Below are positions 13,261-26,100 of a stretch of DNA of 64,000 nt, in pieces. Origin of the DNA: Zootoca vivipara (Eukaryota). The DNA lies in NCBI RefSeq assembly GCF_963506605.1, contig NC_083277.1:88102001-88166000 (forward strand). The letters run 5' to 3'. Under the pieces are notes generated by a model. The model saw only the letters and a list, made by a program, of their open reading frames with translations. It was not told the origin of the DNA and ran no database searches. The position numbers and the translations under genes were made by a program. Within the stretch, counting starts at the first letter, position 1. Each line of letters begins with the position of its first letter.

Positions 13261-14243
13261 CTATCTATCTATACTCTTCTTCCAGCATTATTTTACCATA
13301 AAACAGCCACCTATTATCAAGACTTCCCACAGAAAACACAAGCTGAGCACAAATCAAGGTCGAGTGATCTTGGGAAGATCAAACTGGTTCCAACAATTGT
13401 GGGAACCTCCAGAAAAGCGTGTCTGGGGGCAGGGAGGAGATTGTCCTGTATGGCAAGCTGAGAGAATCATCATAATAGTGCAATGCCAAATTCCTCCCAT
13501 AATTTATTATTATTTAATATTTATTACTGAATACATGGGAATGGATTAAACATCACCATAATAGCAAAGTTTGAATATGGCAATTGTGTCTATCATACAG
13601 GTAAATGTATGACAGTTGCACTCCGGTATTTGCTGAAGTACGGTAGTCAACGTGAAAGTTATGTGAATCCTTAAATGTTCAAGGACCCACTAAAGATATA
13701 TCAGGGAGATGCAATGTGTCTCTCAGGTAGCCTGTCCATTGTGTTTACAAATGTCCTCCTCTGCATTCATACTTTGTGTGCTCTACTGCAGCATACACAA
13801 GTGAAACCTGGCTAACAAGCAAAGTGACCTAATTATTTGGTAGCAAACCTTAATTTGTTGCTATGCAAAACCCAAATATTGGCCCTCAACAGGACTCAGC
13901 AGAGGCATGGATACACAGAAAAAAATATGGCATGTTCCACCCTACAAATTCAGGGAGAGTAGGGAACAAGATAGAATGGATTCCTTGTAGGCCAGAATTC
14001 ACTTATGTAGCTCAAAGACACAGATGCTGGAAAAAGCAGGGCAAAGGATATTTAATATTCCATAAAGCGTACTGGTCACACCCTCTTCTATGCCTATTAT
14101 ACTTGATGACTAGTGGCCTACGTGTTACAAAACATGCCAGTATACTTGCTGATAACTGGACTGAGTACAGGGCTCAATTCTGCCTTCACTTCAAGTTATT
14201 TTATAGCCCAGTGTTGTTAAAAGAGTATTAACAAGAAATGAGC

Positions 14244-14430
14244 GGGGCACAGGTGGCGCTGTGGTCTAAACCACTGTGCCTCTTGGGCTTGCCGATTGGA
14301 AGGTCAACAGTTCGAATCCGCATGACGGGGTGAGCTCCCGTTGCTTTGTCCCAGGCTCCTGCCAACCTAGCAGTTCGAAAGCACACCAGTGCAAGTAGAT
14401 AAGTAGGAAAAATGGAAACTACTGCAGCAA
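14244..14430 (+). mobile_element. Sauria SINE 5' half (tRNA-derived head)
   Basis: A-box-like GGTGGCGCTGTGG and B-box GTTCGAATCC; homologous to the 42070 copy. Confidence 0.8.
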
Positions 14431-14540
14431 GGCAACTGGCTTGTTCCACAAAGGACCCTGACCTGTCCACTGCAAAACTGCATTTAAGAATAATAAACCT
14501 GAGCTGGATTTAAAACCAGGAACCTAGAGATAAAGGGTCT

Positions 14541-14542
<2 letters not shown>

Positions 14543-14612
<70 letters not shown>
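14543..14612. repeat. (GT)n(AT)n microsatellite
   Basis: Seen directly. Confidence 0.95.
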
Positions 14613-14613
<1 letters not shown>

Positions 14614-14846
14614 CAGTGTTTGTGTTAAAAAGAAGCTTACATATAATAGATGTTCTCCTTAAATTTTACAACCCATAATTTTACAAACCAGTTAAGTATT
14701 TAATAACACTAAACTACAAGCCAAAATATACAGATAGTGGGGGAAAGCAAACAACTGCTGAGCGCAAGATGGATGGATATTAAATTATCCACTATATGTT
14801 GCCCCTGCAGTTGGAAAGTACAATAATAATTATGGGCATCACCTAC

Positions 14847-15021
14847 TTTAACGGCCATAATTTGCCCACTTGGTTTGTGGACCATTTTGTTGACCGAACC
14901 ATAAGCGCCTCGTCCAATTTCTCCAAGATCTTTCAAGTCCTCTGCAGTAAAATCCCAATGTTGTTCAGGGGAAATCTTCAATTTTCCTGATGATTCAATG
15001 CTGTGTGTTCTCAGTCTCTCT
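14847..15021 (-). CDS. MAP2K4: MAP2K4 exon 3 (ERLRTHSIESSG...GEIGRGAYG...MAVK)
   Basis: 175 nt; Gly-rich loop and catalytic Lys; canonical splice sites. Confidence 0.97.
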
Positions 15022-17189
15022 CTGCCAAATAAAAAATAAAAAAATTGGGAAGGAATTTTGCCACATTTTATATCAATTGAAAACTTTCTCTTTCTTACAG
15101 CACTGATTAAAAGCATTTATACAGAGTAGTGAATATAAAGCTAATGCAATAATATACTTTCCATGAAGGATCTAATCTAGATGGAGGTAACAGGACAGGA
15201 TACTGTAAACAGTTTCACCTAAAGCAACTAGATTTTTTAATAGCTATTAATCAAGACCACCTGTCTCTTATATTACAATAACTGTATGTCTATTTCTACG
15301 GTTGTTTATAAATTCCTGCATAAAACTGTATTAGATTCCTATGAAATGCAGAAGGATAATATTAGCTATGCTACGTAACATAAAGTAACTACATTCTTCT
15401 AGAGTTAAGTTTAGGCTGGTGATTGTCTTTCCCCTTTTATTGCCTGCATTTATAACACCATAAAGAAAACCCATACCTGTGGTTGTTGGGTTTCCGAGAA
15501 GAGATTATAAATATTAATAGAAAACAGAAAAAATGAAGGGATCATGTCTTTCTAGTTAACTCCAAAAATACATGCAGAGCCAATATTCTGTCAGTGTATT
15601 TTTGAAGTAAAAGAAGATTAGTCAAAAAGCCACAAAGCCGCTGGTGCATATTTTAAGGCCAAAAGAAGTGTGCAGAATTTTGTGTCAGTAATAAAGGATA
15701 TTTTTTACATTGGGTCGAACGGACTTCCACAGCTGTGTTAGGTTTCTTTTCTTGCTGACAAGTGGTTCTGCATGAAGAAATACAGTTTTTCTATTTTTGT
15801 TTTCCAATATGAACAGTGCTCATCTCAAGACAAATGTGAAAGTCTCCAGTATCTTCTACCCATCATTTTCACTGTCAAATGTTTGAAAATGAAGCTTACT
15901 CTGTAAGAGGAAGGTCTCAAAGAATTCAGTAGGATTATTATTATTATTATTATTAAGCATGTTTAGGTTTGGACTGTTAAACTCTGGGCTCCTCAGCTGC
16001 AATTTTATAAGTGCTTCATAGTTTTAAAGCCCTTCCTCTCAGCCCTGAACCAAGGAACTTGTCAAACCTGATAGCTGAAAATTTAATGTAGATATTTGCA
16101 CATTTATCACAAATGATTATGGTAAGAGCAGAGAATACTTGTTCAGAAGTAATCATTCAAGTAAAATCATGGGGAATTAATCAAATTACTTAGCAAACTC
16201 AACAAAAGCACTGCTTTTGTTTGGAATAAGTCCAAACATGAATTCAGGAAAGACCCTCTAAAACCAATGAAAGAATATTAGATGGCAAAAAGGCTTGATC
16301 TAAGGCTTTTTAGTTCCTAGACACTGGCTCAATTCAAACAGAGCCTTGGGCTTGTACACACCTTTCTCCCCTTGCACACTCTTATACATAGTCTTTTGTG
16401 GCAAACCAGTTTGCAGTTACATCCAAATAGGAAAAAACATAGTTTGTGCAAACCAAAGTTTGTCTGCAATCTGAAATGCAAACCATGGTTTGATCATGGC
16501 TTACAACTGCAGTTTGCCACAAAAGAGGAAATACAGAACGGTGCAATACAAAGGCTTGGCATTACATAAGAACACCAATTCCTGAAGATGATGAAGTATC
16601 TCTCTCCCTTTCTCCAGCATCCTCTGATCTTGGTATGTCATCTTTAATATAGATTCAGCTATACAAGATAAATATAGAGGCAACATAATACTGAGCAAAG
16701 AAATAATCTATTAGCATCTCTGAATTCCCGTCTGTGTCATAAATAAACCACCTACAAGACCTTTCTACAAAATGTTAATGAATGAAAAAGGAAAAGAAAA
16801 GAATTTAGAAGCTGAGAGAAGCTAAAACAAAAAAGAATAAATAGAAAGTCAATTGTAAGCTTTGCAATTTGCACCTGCTAAAGATAAAGCAATTTGTCTT
16901 AGAAATCACATTAAAACAGGTGTTGGGAATTACTTGCTCCCAATCTGCTAGCACATTGCAGAATACTGGTAATATGAAATACTCATGCTTTTAAATAAAC
17001 CTGAGGAAAAAACAACCTATAGGGAAACAAGACACCCCCGATCCTATGAAAAAGTAAACTGATGTCCTGATAATTGTCTTCTGCAGCTACAAGGCTGAAC
17101 ATCCAGAACTTGTCTACAAAAACAGACACTGCTCCCTAAGTTTGCTACTCCTAGGATACTGAAAATTCATACAAATAATATTTGCATCA

Positions 17190-17803
17190 TCATAGGATGA
17201 CTAATTTTGGGGGGGGGGCATTATGGTTCGTATATTTCGTATGATAACAGATTTTTTGTTTTGGCCGCTTCCTGCATGAGCAGAGTCTAGCGCAAAACTA
17301 GAATTAGATAGAGGCAGTAGTTCTGCTGTATGCCGTTAGGTGGCGCTTTACAAACACTACTGTTTTGCAAAGAGGCAGCGCGCACATTCTACTAACGCTC
17401 ATCTCCCCAAGATGCTTTGCGCGCGTCGGCTTCATTTGTGCGCTACTGCGCAGGTACCCTGTCTTCTCCATTCCCCTCCCTCCTCCCTGGCGCGCGCTGC
17501 CTCTTTGCAAAACAGTAGTGTTTGTAAACAAAGCGTTGTTTTTCGCGGAAGCTACAGTTCGCGTAGTTAAAACTGGACCCTTGGTTAAAAAGTGGTTTAT
17601 CTCATTAAGAACTGAAAATTAAAACAAACTGTATACTGATGGAGTACTCTGTTGTAACTGTAAAAAACGTATAAATATAAAATATAAAAAGACTCTTAAT
17701 TTGGCTCTCACTTTTTAATTTTAGGATTAGGAATTAATGGGGGTCCTTGTCACAATAGTGGCTCGATGAGTGGTCCTCGAGAAAATTTTGTTGGGAACCC
17801 CTG
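17190..17803. mobile_element. hAT-like element fragment with internal 37-bp inverted repeat
   Basis: Right end GTTGGGAACCCCTG typical of a Charlie-group TIR; CpG-rich interior; left end not found. Confidence 0.55.
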
Positions 17804-18696
17804 GCTTAGAAGATCTGCCTAATTTATTTGTGTGTGCAAATTACTTCCATTTCCCTTTTCATACAACCAAATATTAAAATTTAAATACTAAGAAATTAAT
17901 TTAGCTACCAGAAGCTTATGGTTTTTATTTGGAGAAAAAGGGAGAGAGAAGTCAAAGTGGCACTCAAAATACAATTATAAAAGTATACAAAAGTAAATCA
18001 GGGTTCTATCCATAGCCAAGGTTTAAGTCTAGGTGTCACTACACATCAACACAAATCCATTTAGGGTTACTGTATTTAAGTAACACCAGAGCAAATCTCA
18101 TTTTCAATATGTACTGTCCTTTTGCTAGGAAAGTTGTAGGGAAGCAGAGCTTAATATATATACAACACATTTCTGTACCACTCTTAACATCATTTTAGGG
18201 TGGTGCACAACCGTCTTTAAAATATACATATCAAATTTAAATTAACATTACTGAAGAATATCCAACAAGGGAGAAAAGTTCTATTCTGTGCCTCATGGTG
18301 CCTGACATCTACGAGAAACCACTGCACAAGATTATGCAGTGTTTTTGGAGTGCTAAGTCATCAGGAGTTGATAACACCCAACTCCAACTGTGTATAGGCA
18401 TGAGTACACAAGTGCCAAACCATGTAGAGGGACAGAAGCATGCATGCAAGCTTGACCCTCAATGTCACTGCACACGCCCCTTCCCTGCTCAGTCTCTAAA
18501 CGTTCCCATCTTGTATAGGTATTCTACCCACATTCACTTGTACATGATTGATCACGAAGAGAGCCGTACTTGCATTCACATGAGGAGAATCCCTACACAG
18601 ACCTTCCCTACTCAAGAGAAGGTCAGGGACTGAGTGAGAGAAGTGTGCATGGTGAAGTTTGGGGCAGAGCTTGTACATTGGACCCAGGATCCCTAC

Positions 18697-19557
18697 CAGG
18701 GGCGTACCCAGGATCAAAATTAGGGGGGGGCAAGGGGCGGGAGGGGAGGGGCCACAGTGGGAATGTGGGCGGGGCTACGTGGCCTGCGCCTCCCAGTTCT
18801 TCCGAGGAGGCGGCCCCAGGCTCCCGCTCCCGGCACGAAGCTCCAGAGGCGTGCGGGAAGCGCAAGCTTGTGGCTGCCTCCTCCGCGCCTCCAAGCTGTT
18901 TCAAGGAGGCGGCCCCAGGATCCCGCGCCCAGCACGAAGCTCCAGAGGCGCAGGGAGCGTGAGCTTGTGCCTGCCTCCTCTGCGCCTCCCAGCGCTTTCA
19001 AGGAGGCGGCCCCAGGCTCCCGCGCCCGGCACGAAGCTCCAGAGGCGCACGGGGAGCGCGAGCTTGTGCCTGCCTCCACGCCTCGCAGCTCTTTCAAGGA
19101 GGCGGCCCCAGGCTCCCGCGCCCGGCACGAAGCTCCAGAGGTGCACAGGGAACGCAAGCTTGTGCCTGCCTCCTCCGTGCCTCGCAGCTCTTTCAAGGAG
19201 GCGGCCCCAGGCTCCCCCGCCCAGCACGAAGCTCCAGAGGCGCGTGGGGAGCGCGAGCTTGTGGCTGCCTCCTCCGCGCCTCCGCCCCTCCCTAGAAGCA
19301 GGGCTGGTGGGCGGAGGCGGAGCCCAGCCCAGCGGAGCGCGAGTTCAGCGTTCCCGCCCGCCGCGCCGCACTCTCTGGTTCCCCGCCGCGCTTGGCCTTG
19401 CCAGAGGGCGCGCCGGGGAGCTGGAGGGAGGGTGCGGCGCGGCGCGGCGGGAATGGCGAACTCGCGCTACGCCGGGCTGTGCTCCGCCTCTGCCCACCAG
19501 CCCTGCTTCTAGAGTAGGGCAGCTGCCCTAACTTGCCCCGTGGTGGGTATGCCCTTG
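18697..19557. mobile_element. Non-autonomous hAT element carrying a GC-rich ~97-bp minisatellite
   Basis: TIRs CAGGGGCGTACCCA/TGGGTATGCCCTTG; perfect TSD atccctac at 18689-18696 and 19558-19565; ~5 tandem units. Confidence 0.9.
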
Positions 19558-20043
19558 ATCCCTACACAATTTGGTGCTTACATGTCAGTCCTAGTAGAAT
19601 CAGTGACTTAGACTGGTAATGCACTGCAAGAAGCTAAAGGAATTTATACCTAATTCAGACAAGATTAGTCGATTAGTGCAGCTGCTAGTTCATAGCAGAC
19701 CTTTCTTTTTCTATAGGCATATTGCCTGTTTATTTTATTGTTTTAAACATTTCTGACTCTCTGGAAAGGAGTATTTCATCCCCCCCCCCGATCAGATTTG
19801 GGCAATTTACAAGGATATACCTCAGTTTCTTGTAGAACGAGAACCATGTGCTAGTTACCAAGGCCAATCTAGAAGGCATACAAGTTGCCAGACAGTTGCT
19901 GAAACAGAACTCAAAGGTTTGGGACAGGTATACAGCTCCTGCTAAAACCCCAAACTTTAGCATTCTTGTTCTAAGGATGATAAAACTTTAAAAACTGTTT
20001 GTGACTCAATGAGAAATACTGACAGGGCAATTATGCACAGAGG

Positions 20044-20133
20044 CATAGCTGCCAAGTTCTCCCTTTTTAAAAGGGAAATTCCCTTATGCTGAATAGGCTT
20101 CCTCGTGAGAAAAGGGAAAACTTGGCAGCTATG
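20044..20133. mobile_element. 90-bp hAT-type MITE
   Basis: 15-bp perfect TIR CATAGCTGCCAAGTT; TSD cacagagg. Confidence 0.88.
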
Positions 20134-23100
20134 CACAGAGGACTTCTGTACAAATGCATCTGCAGGTGATCAGTGTTGCCAATCAAATATTGGCAGTGGG
20201 ATCCCAGTTCTGATCACTACTATTCCACACAGACTAATAGTACTGGGGGAAAGAGCTGTTTTTTATGGCAATACCACAATAGCTCTAAATCCCCTCATCA
20301 AAAATATCATACGTTAATGCTTCCTGATTCCATTGTCACCAATCAGGGCATTATTTAGAAGGGGTCCTTGTGAATGAGAGATCTATGAGGCCAGGATCTC
20401 TGCGAAGTAGTAAAACCTTAACAGCAGCACGATGCAAGGCTACAAAGCAATATTCTAGTACAAAAAGGTAACATAGCACTACCTTGCTCTTAAGGGTTTG
20501 GAAAGCTAACTGGATAGAGGGCAATTCTCAATACAACAGTTCTCAGAATTTATAGATTAACAAAAGAAACCAGTTTTAATTCTTTCCAGCTCTATAGAAA
20601 ATATGTGTACGTGCTGTGGTTCTAACAGTACACTTTGCAACCGACAATGGAACAATTAATCAAATCTATGGCAAAAGAACATTTAAAAGGCCTTCATGCT
20701 AAGGGGGCACATTTACCATGAGAAGGAGTGCTATGGAGCTTGGAAGCCATTATTCCAACACTTTTAAGTGCTTACGCTAGTAAAATCATTTGCCACATTT
20801 TATAGTATGAAAAAAAAGAATGAACAAACTACCAGCAACTGAAAGGACACAGAAATAATTTCACAGGAGTGAGACCATCAACAGTCAACAATCAGAGACA
20901 GGATTTCTTTCCCAAGAGGCAAGGCATCAAGTAATATTGCTGCCCTGGCAAGACAACATGCACTCTTGAATCCTGCTTGATCATTCTTGTTTGCTTTGCC
21001 CAGATTTTCCAGCACTGGCACAAGAGGTATTACAGATGTGCTGGTAAATGACATTCATAAGGCTGCAGATGCCTAAAAACTACAGAGACCCCAATATCTG
21101 TAGAGAATCTTATGCATGGATGCCCATAATCCCAGGGGCGGATAGCAGAGTAGTTAAATTGCAATATACTGGCAGATCTCTGGGTGATGTGAAGTAGATT
21201 GACAAAGACTGGCTTTCAATTGTTGCAACAAACAACGGCAACAACAAAATGATCCCTGTGGAAACCAAGCCGGGGGGGGGGGGGATGCTATATGACCAAG
21301 TATATTTTTGTAAGGAAGCCCTAGAGACTCTTTTCAGTTCCAAAACTTGAAAGGCAAGTTCCTGGGCTTAACACACTTCAATTATAAGTTTATGTCTTTT
21401 ATACCTGTCTCCAGTTCATGGGTCTAAGGAAAATAACAAAGTAGTCCCCAGAGGGCCTGCAGTCTGCTACCCCAAACCACTAAGTTACAATTTCACATTC
21501 AGCAAAAAATATTTTAAGGAAACAGATTCTCTTATTATAACTTTTTATGGAGTTTTAAGTCTGATCTAAAATAGGGTATAATGATACAATTTCCTTTATA
21601 TGGAGATCGGTTTAATTTCCTAAATTACAAGTTTAACTATTTCTTGTTAGTGTGTATGAGGCAGGGGACCTTAGATAAGACTCTTTATTCTCCTGGAAGG
21701 GTAAACATGGAAGTAGCAAGGTTATTTCCACTGTCTGGGCGAGCAGCTTTAAGGTCCACTATTTTAATTATCCAGAAATGTACTGCGTTGCCTGACTCAC
21801 CCCTGCAATGGATGGCAACTCTTCAGTTGCCTTGGGACTCATCTATATAGCTGCAAATAAAACATTTTAAGTGTGTTTTAAGTGTGATATACAATGTGAC
21901 ACTAGATGATGATGGTGAGCCTTATGGAAAATTCAATGTATTTTGTAAAAAACACTTTTAAAAAGCATTTTCATAAGTGTGTAGACTCCACCTCAATTGT
22001 GCCTCAGGCTTACTTCACCAGAAGCATATGTTTCACTGGTCCATTAATTGTTGGGAGGGGGGCTGTTTTACAGATCAATAGGTGTTGGAAGTATGGCGAC
22101 TACAAAAATGAAATAATACTTCAAAAAAGATAACTTGGTTCACAGGTTTTAGAGCTGTGGACCTTTTTAGGTTTTAGAGCTGTGGACCAAAAAGCTGAAG
22201 GCTTTTTGGTGGCAATTTGCAACAACCTCATTACACCTGCATCAACTCCATCCATTAAGGTCAACAATGCTTGAGAATTAAATATTTATGGTTTTAAAAG
22301 GAGAGATTATCGTAAACTAACACTGAGTCACCCTCTGAATACCAGAACACTTTTAAAAAATACACTGTCTTTCTAGAGCCAATGACAGTCAGCTGGGACA
22401 GAACATTGGGAATTGCAAGTATGAATGTAGCAATAAGCTTTAAACAATAATAATGAAATATATGTTGAAAGTATTTAATAATTAATTTATATATATATAT
22501 ATATTAATTCACTCATAATATGACAAATTTATGCAAGGATCTATATTGGTGTTCATGCCTTTTTTCCTTTCTTTTGAAAATATCTGACAATGGGGCTAAC
22601 AGACAGTTACGCTTACTGTAGCCTGCTGGAAAGTTTCACGATCATCTCCGCTTCTCTCCTTTTGAAAGTGAACGGGGCAATGTGATTACTACCCATTGTT
22701 GCTTGTGTATCACTTCAGCCAGGAAAGAGTTGTAAAAATGACAGGAAAACACAGTGCTGTTATCACATAACACAATAACACATACACACATAGTAATTGA
22801 AAAAAACAGACTGCCTTTTATATACAAAATGAGCACATTTCAGTTCCTTGTTAAGGGGCTAGTCCATATCTCTCCTTTTTTGGAAAAAGAAAAAAAGAAA
22901 AGTGTGTGGCAGTTAATTTAAAGCCTTGTTAAAAACCACTCATACTAATGCATGAAAGCCATGGAAGGCTACAACCCGCTGCAACCTTATTTGAAAGTAA
23001 ATCCCTTGGAAATAAATGGGGCTTACCTCCAAGCAAGACCATTTAGGAATAGCATGCAAGCCTTAATTTCAGATGCAGTATTTCATTTTGTCCTATGAAC

Positions 23101-26100
23101 TACATACCTGCAATAAAATTGCTAGCTAAAATCAACTAATTAGTGCCACTGACCTTCTTTGTCACAATTTGCTACATTGCTTACCACTACATTGCTTCAT
23201 CATATTGTTTTGACAAAGGTAAATTTCTTACCTGAAAACTAGTGCTTGTGTCTTGGATCCACCAATCAGGAGAAGTAACTATTACCCTACTTATTTAGAT
23301 TGTAGTGAACTGAATTCTTCCCTGAGAACCTGGAAGAGCTAGAAGCTAGCTTTCACTGTCCACTCTGTGACTGTGTGAGGAACAAGGAAGAGCTTCTGGA
23401 TCCGAATCTCTCACAAGTATTTCCAGGTAAGAAATCTCCTCTACTAACACTAAAAAAAAACCTACCCCTTTGCAGGGGCAGGACAAACAGGGGAGGAAGA
23501 TTCAGTATTTTTACATACATGAAAACCAACGGTCAAGTCAAGACTGTTAGGAAAAGGGATGTATCAAAATCTCCTTGAGTCCTCTGCTAATTAAGGAGAG
23601 ACACAGAGAGGGACACAGAGATCTGCCATGCTGCTTCTCTGATCTGCTTCTTAGGAGTCCCATCCCCCCACCCCCCCCAAAAAGAAAATCCAACCAGAGG
23701 CTCACAAGTAAGAAGAGAGAAAGTAAATTCTTCTGATTTCTCAGTAGTGTTGAGGTTTCCAATAGGAATGGGTGTGTGTGTGTGTGGATACAATGACAAT
23801 TCCTGGCAATTCAAAAAAGTAAGAGAAGAAACGAAGTCCTTAAGGCATTTTGTTCAAGGATCTAAGGTGAGATACACAGGATAAATAATGCCTTAGGCAA
23901 CTGCGAGGGTTGTACCACTGTTCCTAAAGCAACGTGTATATGAAAGCATCCTTCCAAAGAGTAAAATGATAAGGAACCTTGTCTAAGACAGTAGAGATGA
24001 GCTCATCATATCTGATAATCATTCTGGCAATCTCCCTTTTTCTCTATTGTGAAATATAGCGAACTGTAATGGTTGGCATGGAGATAGTCTACCATTCTAC
24101 AAATCTTGTCAAAAAATGTACTGCAATTAATTCTCTCTGCATAGATTTTACTTTTCTAAATCCTGAACCTTCGTCAAGGAAAAAGAAAACCCCGAGTTGG
24201 AAGGTGCCTGCCCCAGCCCTTGAGGGGAGATTTGAAGCTGCATGAAAAGGACATGTGGGGCAGTTCTCCGGCTAGAGTTTTGGAACATTCTGGGGCTGTT
24301 CAACACAGGTACTGTGAAGAAGAAAGCTTAGGGGGAACTTGCTAGTCTTGTACTTCCTCTTCTATTCTAGATGCACAGAATCATTAGGTACTTCAGGATT
24401 AAAGTCACGTTCCAGCAGACATGATTTAATTATGGCTAAATCTCCCTTGCTCTGATTTTAAAAAAAGACATGTTAAAGCAATGCCATCAATTTGAGAATC
24501 TGTCCATGCTGCAGCCTTCAGAATCAAGAACTTTGGTTCATTTTCATAAATTTTTGAAGTGTGTACTTTGGATCTTAGTGCCTATCTTAGGAAGCCATGC
24601 TCCAACTGCAGTGACTTATTCCTTTACATGCAACTCATCTATGTAACCTGGATGGCCTCAACAATTCTGTATTCAAAGAGAAACTAATGACTTATGAACA
24701 TAGTAACGATGTTGATCTGGATCACTTGCAAACCCATTTCGAGCTCTCTAGCCACATTCACTTCCCCTCAATGCTGTCAGTTTTATAGTGTATAGCAAGA
24801 AAAGTGCCATGTAAAATACTTAGCAGGAACTGTGAACTGTTGGGGTTCAAGAATTAAGCAGAATTCTTTCTGATGAAATGTTACAAGGTGATGGTCAGCT
24901 TGAAATTATCTGTCTGTATCTCACTTCTTGCAAAGAAATGCAGCCAATCTGGAGATCCAGGACTCAGCTATACAGCTGCAAACAAAATGTTTTGAATGTG
25001 TTGTAATGTGCAATATACAATCATGACACTAGATGCCAAGTGTGAGCCCTAACAAATTCAATGCATTTTTCAAAATGATTTTTAGAAAAAGCATTTTCAC
25101 ATCATTTTTAACCTGTGTGTAGATTCCACCCCAATGAATGCCAGAGCTTACAAATATGCTTTAGCTGAAGCAGCAAAACCTCAGTAAATAGGGCAGAACC
25201 AGCTTGGAAAAAACTCTTACCTGGCCTCTTACTTTCAAGAAAGCCATGTATGTACATGCTTTCCCCACTCTCTGCAGTGACTGTCCAACAAACACAGCTG
25301 CACTGCAACAGGGAAGAAGCATACTTGCTGCTCTTCTGCCAAAATGTTGTATCTCCCAGTTGTGCCTTTGTGCAGCGAAAGCTCTTATGTCTGATCTTTT
25401 GCAATATGGCAGCAAAGCACCAAGGAACATGAAATATTCATAGACTCAACAATGGTTCACTGTATCAGCCTCCAGTACTCATTAACAGGGCTCCATAGAA
25501 TATAAATATCCAACCAGGGCTGCAACAGTGGTGAGTCAAATGTAAATCACCACAGTACCAGAACAGCCCCTAGGGTCTACAGATGTTATTGTGCATTCTG
25601 TATCTTACTGTACAGTTTACCTAGAATTAAGCAACAGACTCATGTGCATGGAAGACTGTATATCTACCACTTCTACAAACTTTCAGAATAATCTACAATC
25701 AATCTATGGAAAAATTTGACCCTAATCCACCCAATCAGAAGAACCCAAGCCAAGCCAGAGGGGGAAATGGAAGAGCAGGAAGTAACAACACTGATCTACC
25801 ATAGGACTTATGTAAACCATCCCACTGTGGAAGTTGTTGCTATGTTAATATTCTATGGTGAAATTATGAAAATGAAGTACTACACTGTTTACAAAACACA
25901 AAATGAGAATCTCTGTCAATCTATACTACACAGAAGAAAGAATTACAGGCAACCCCAGATTTGTGTGGGGGTTGCGTGCCAGGTTACTGTGCACGATGGT
26001 GGAGCACACATAAGCCCACTCTGCCGCATTATGTTCCCTTTTCCAGCCACTTCCAGGTCAATTTGATGCTCATGTGCAACACACGCAAATAAGTTGTTGC

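Noticed and set aside
14244-14330. tRNA gene (A/B boxes)
   Set aside because: It is the tRNA-derived head of a Sauria SINE, with no cloverleaf.
18570-19531. Several long overlapping ORFs (130-290 aa)
   Set aside because: Products of a GC-rich tandem repeat inside a hAT element; open in many frames; no domain similarity.
22144-22188. Two 20-bp direct repeats containing GTTTTAGAGCTGTG, resembling a type II CRISPR repeat start
   Set aside because: Only two copies, a 5-bp spacer, no cas genes and a vertebrate intron; a local duplication next to small hairpins.
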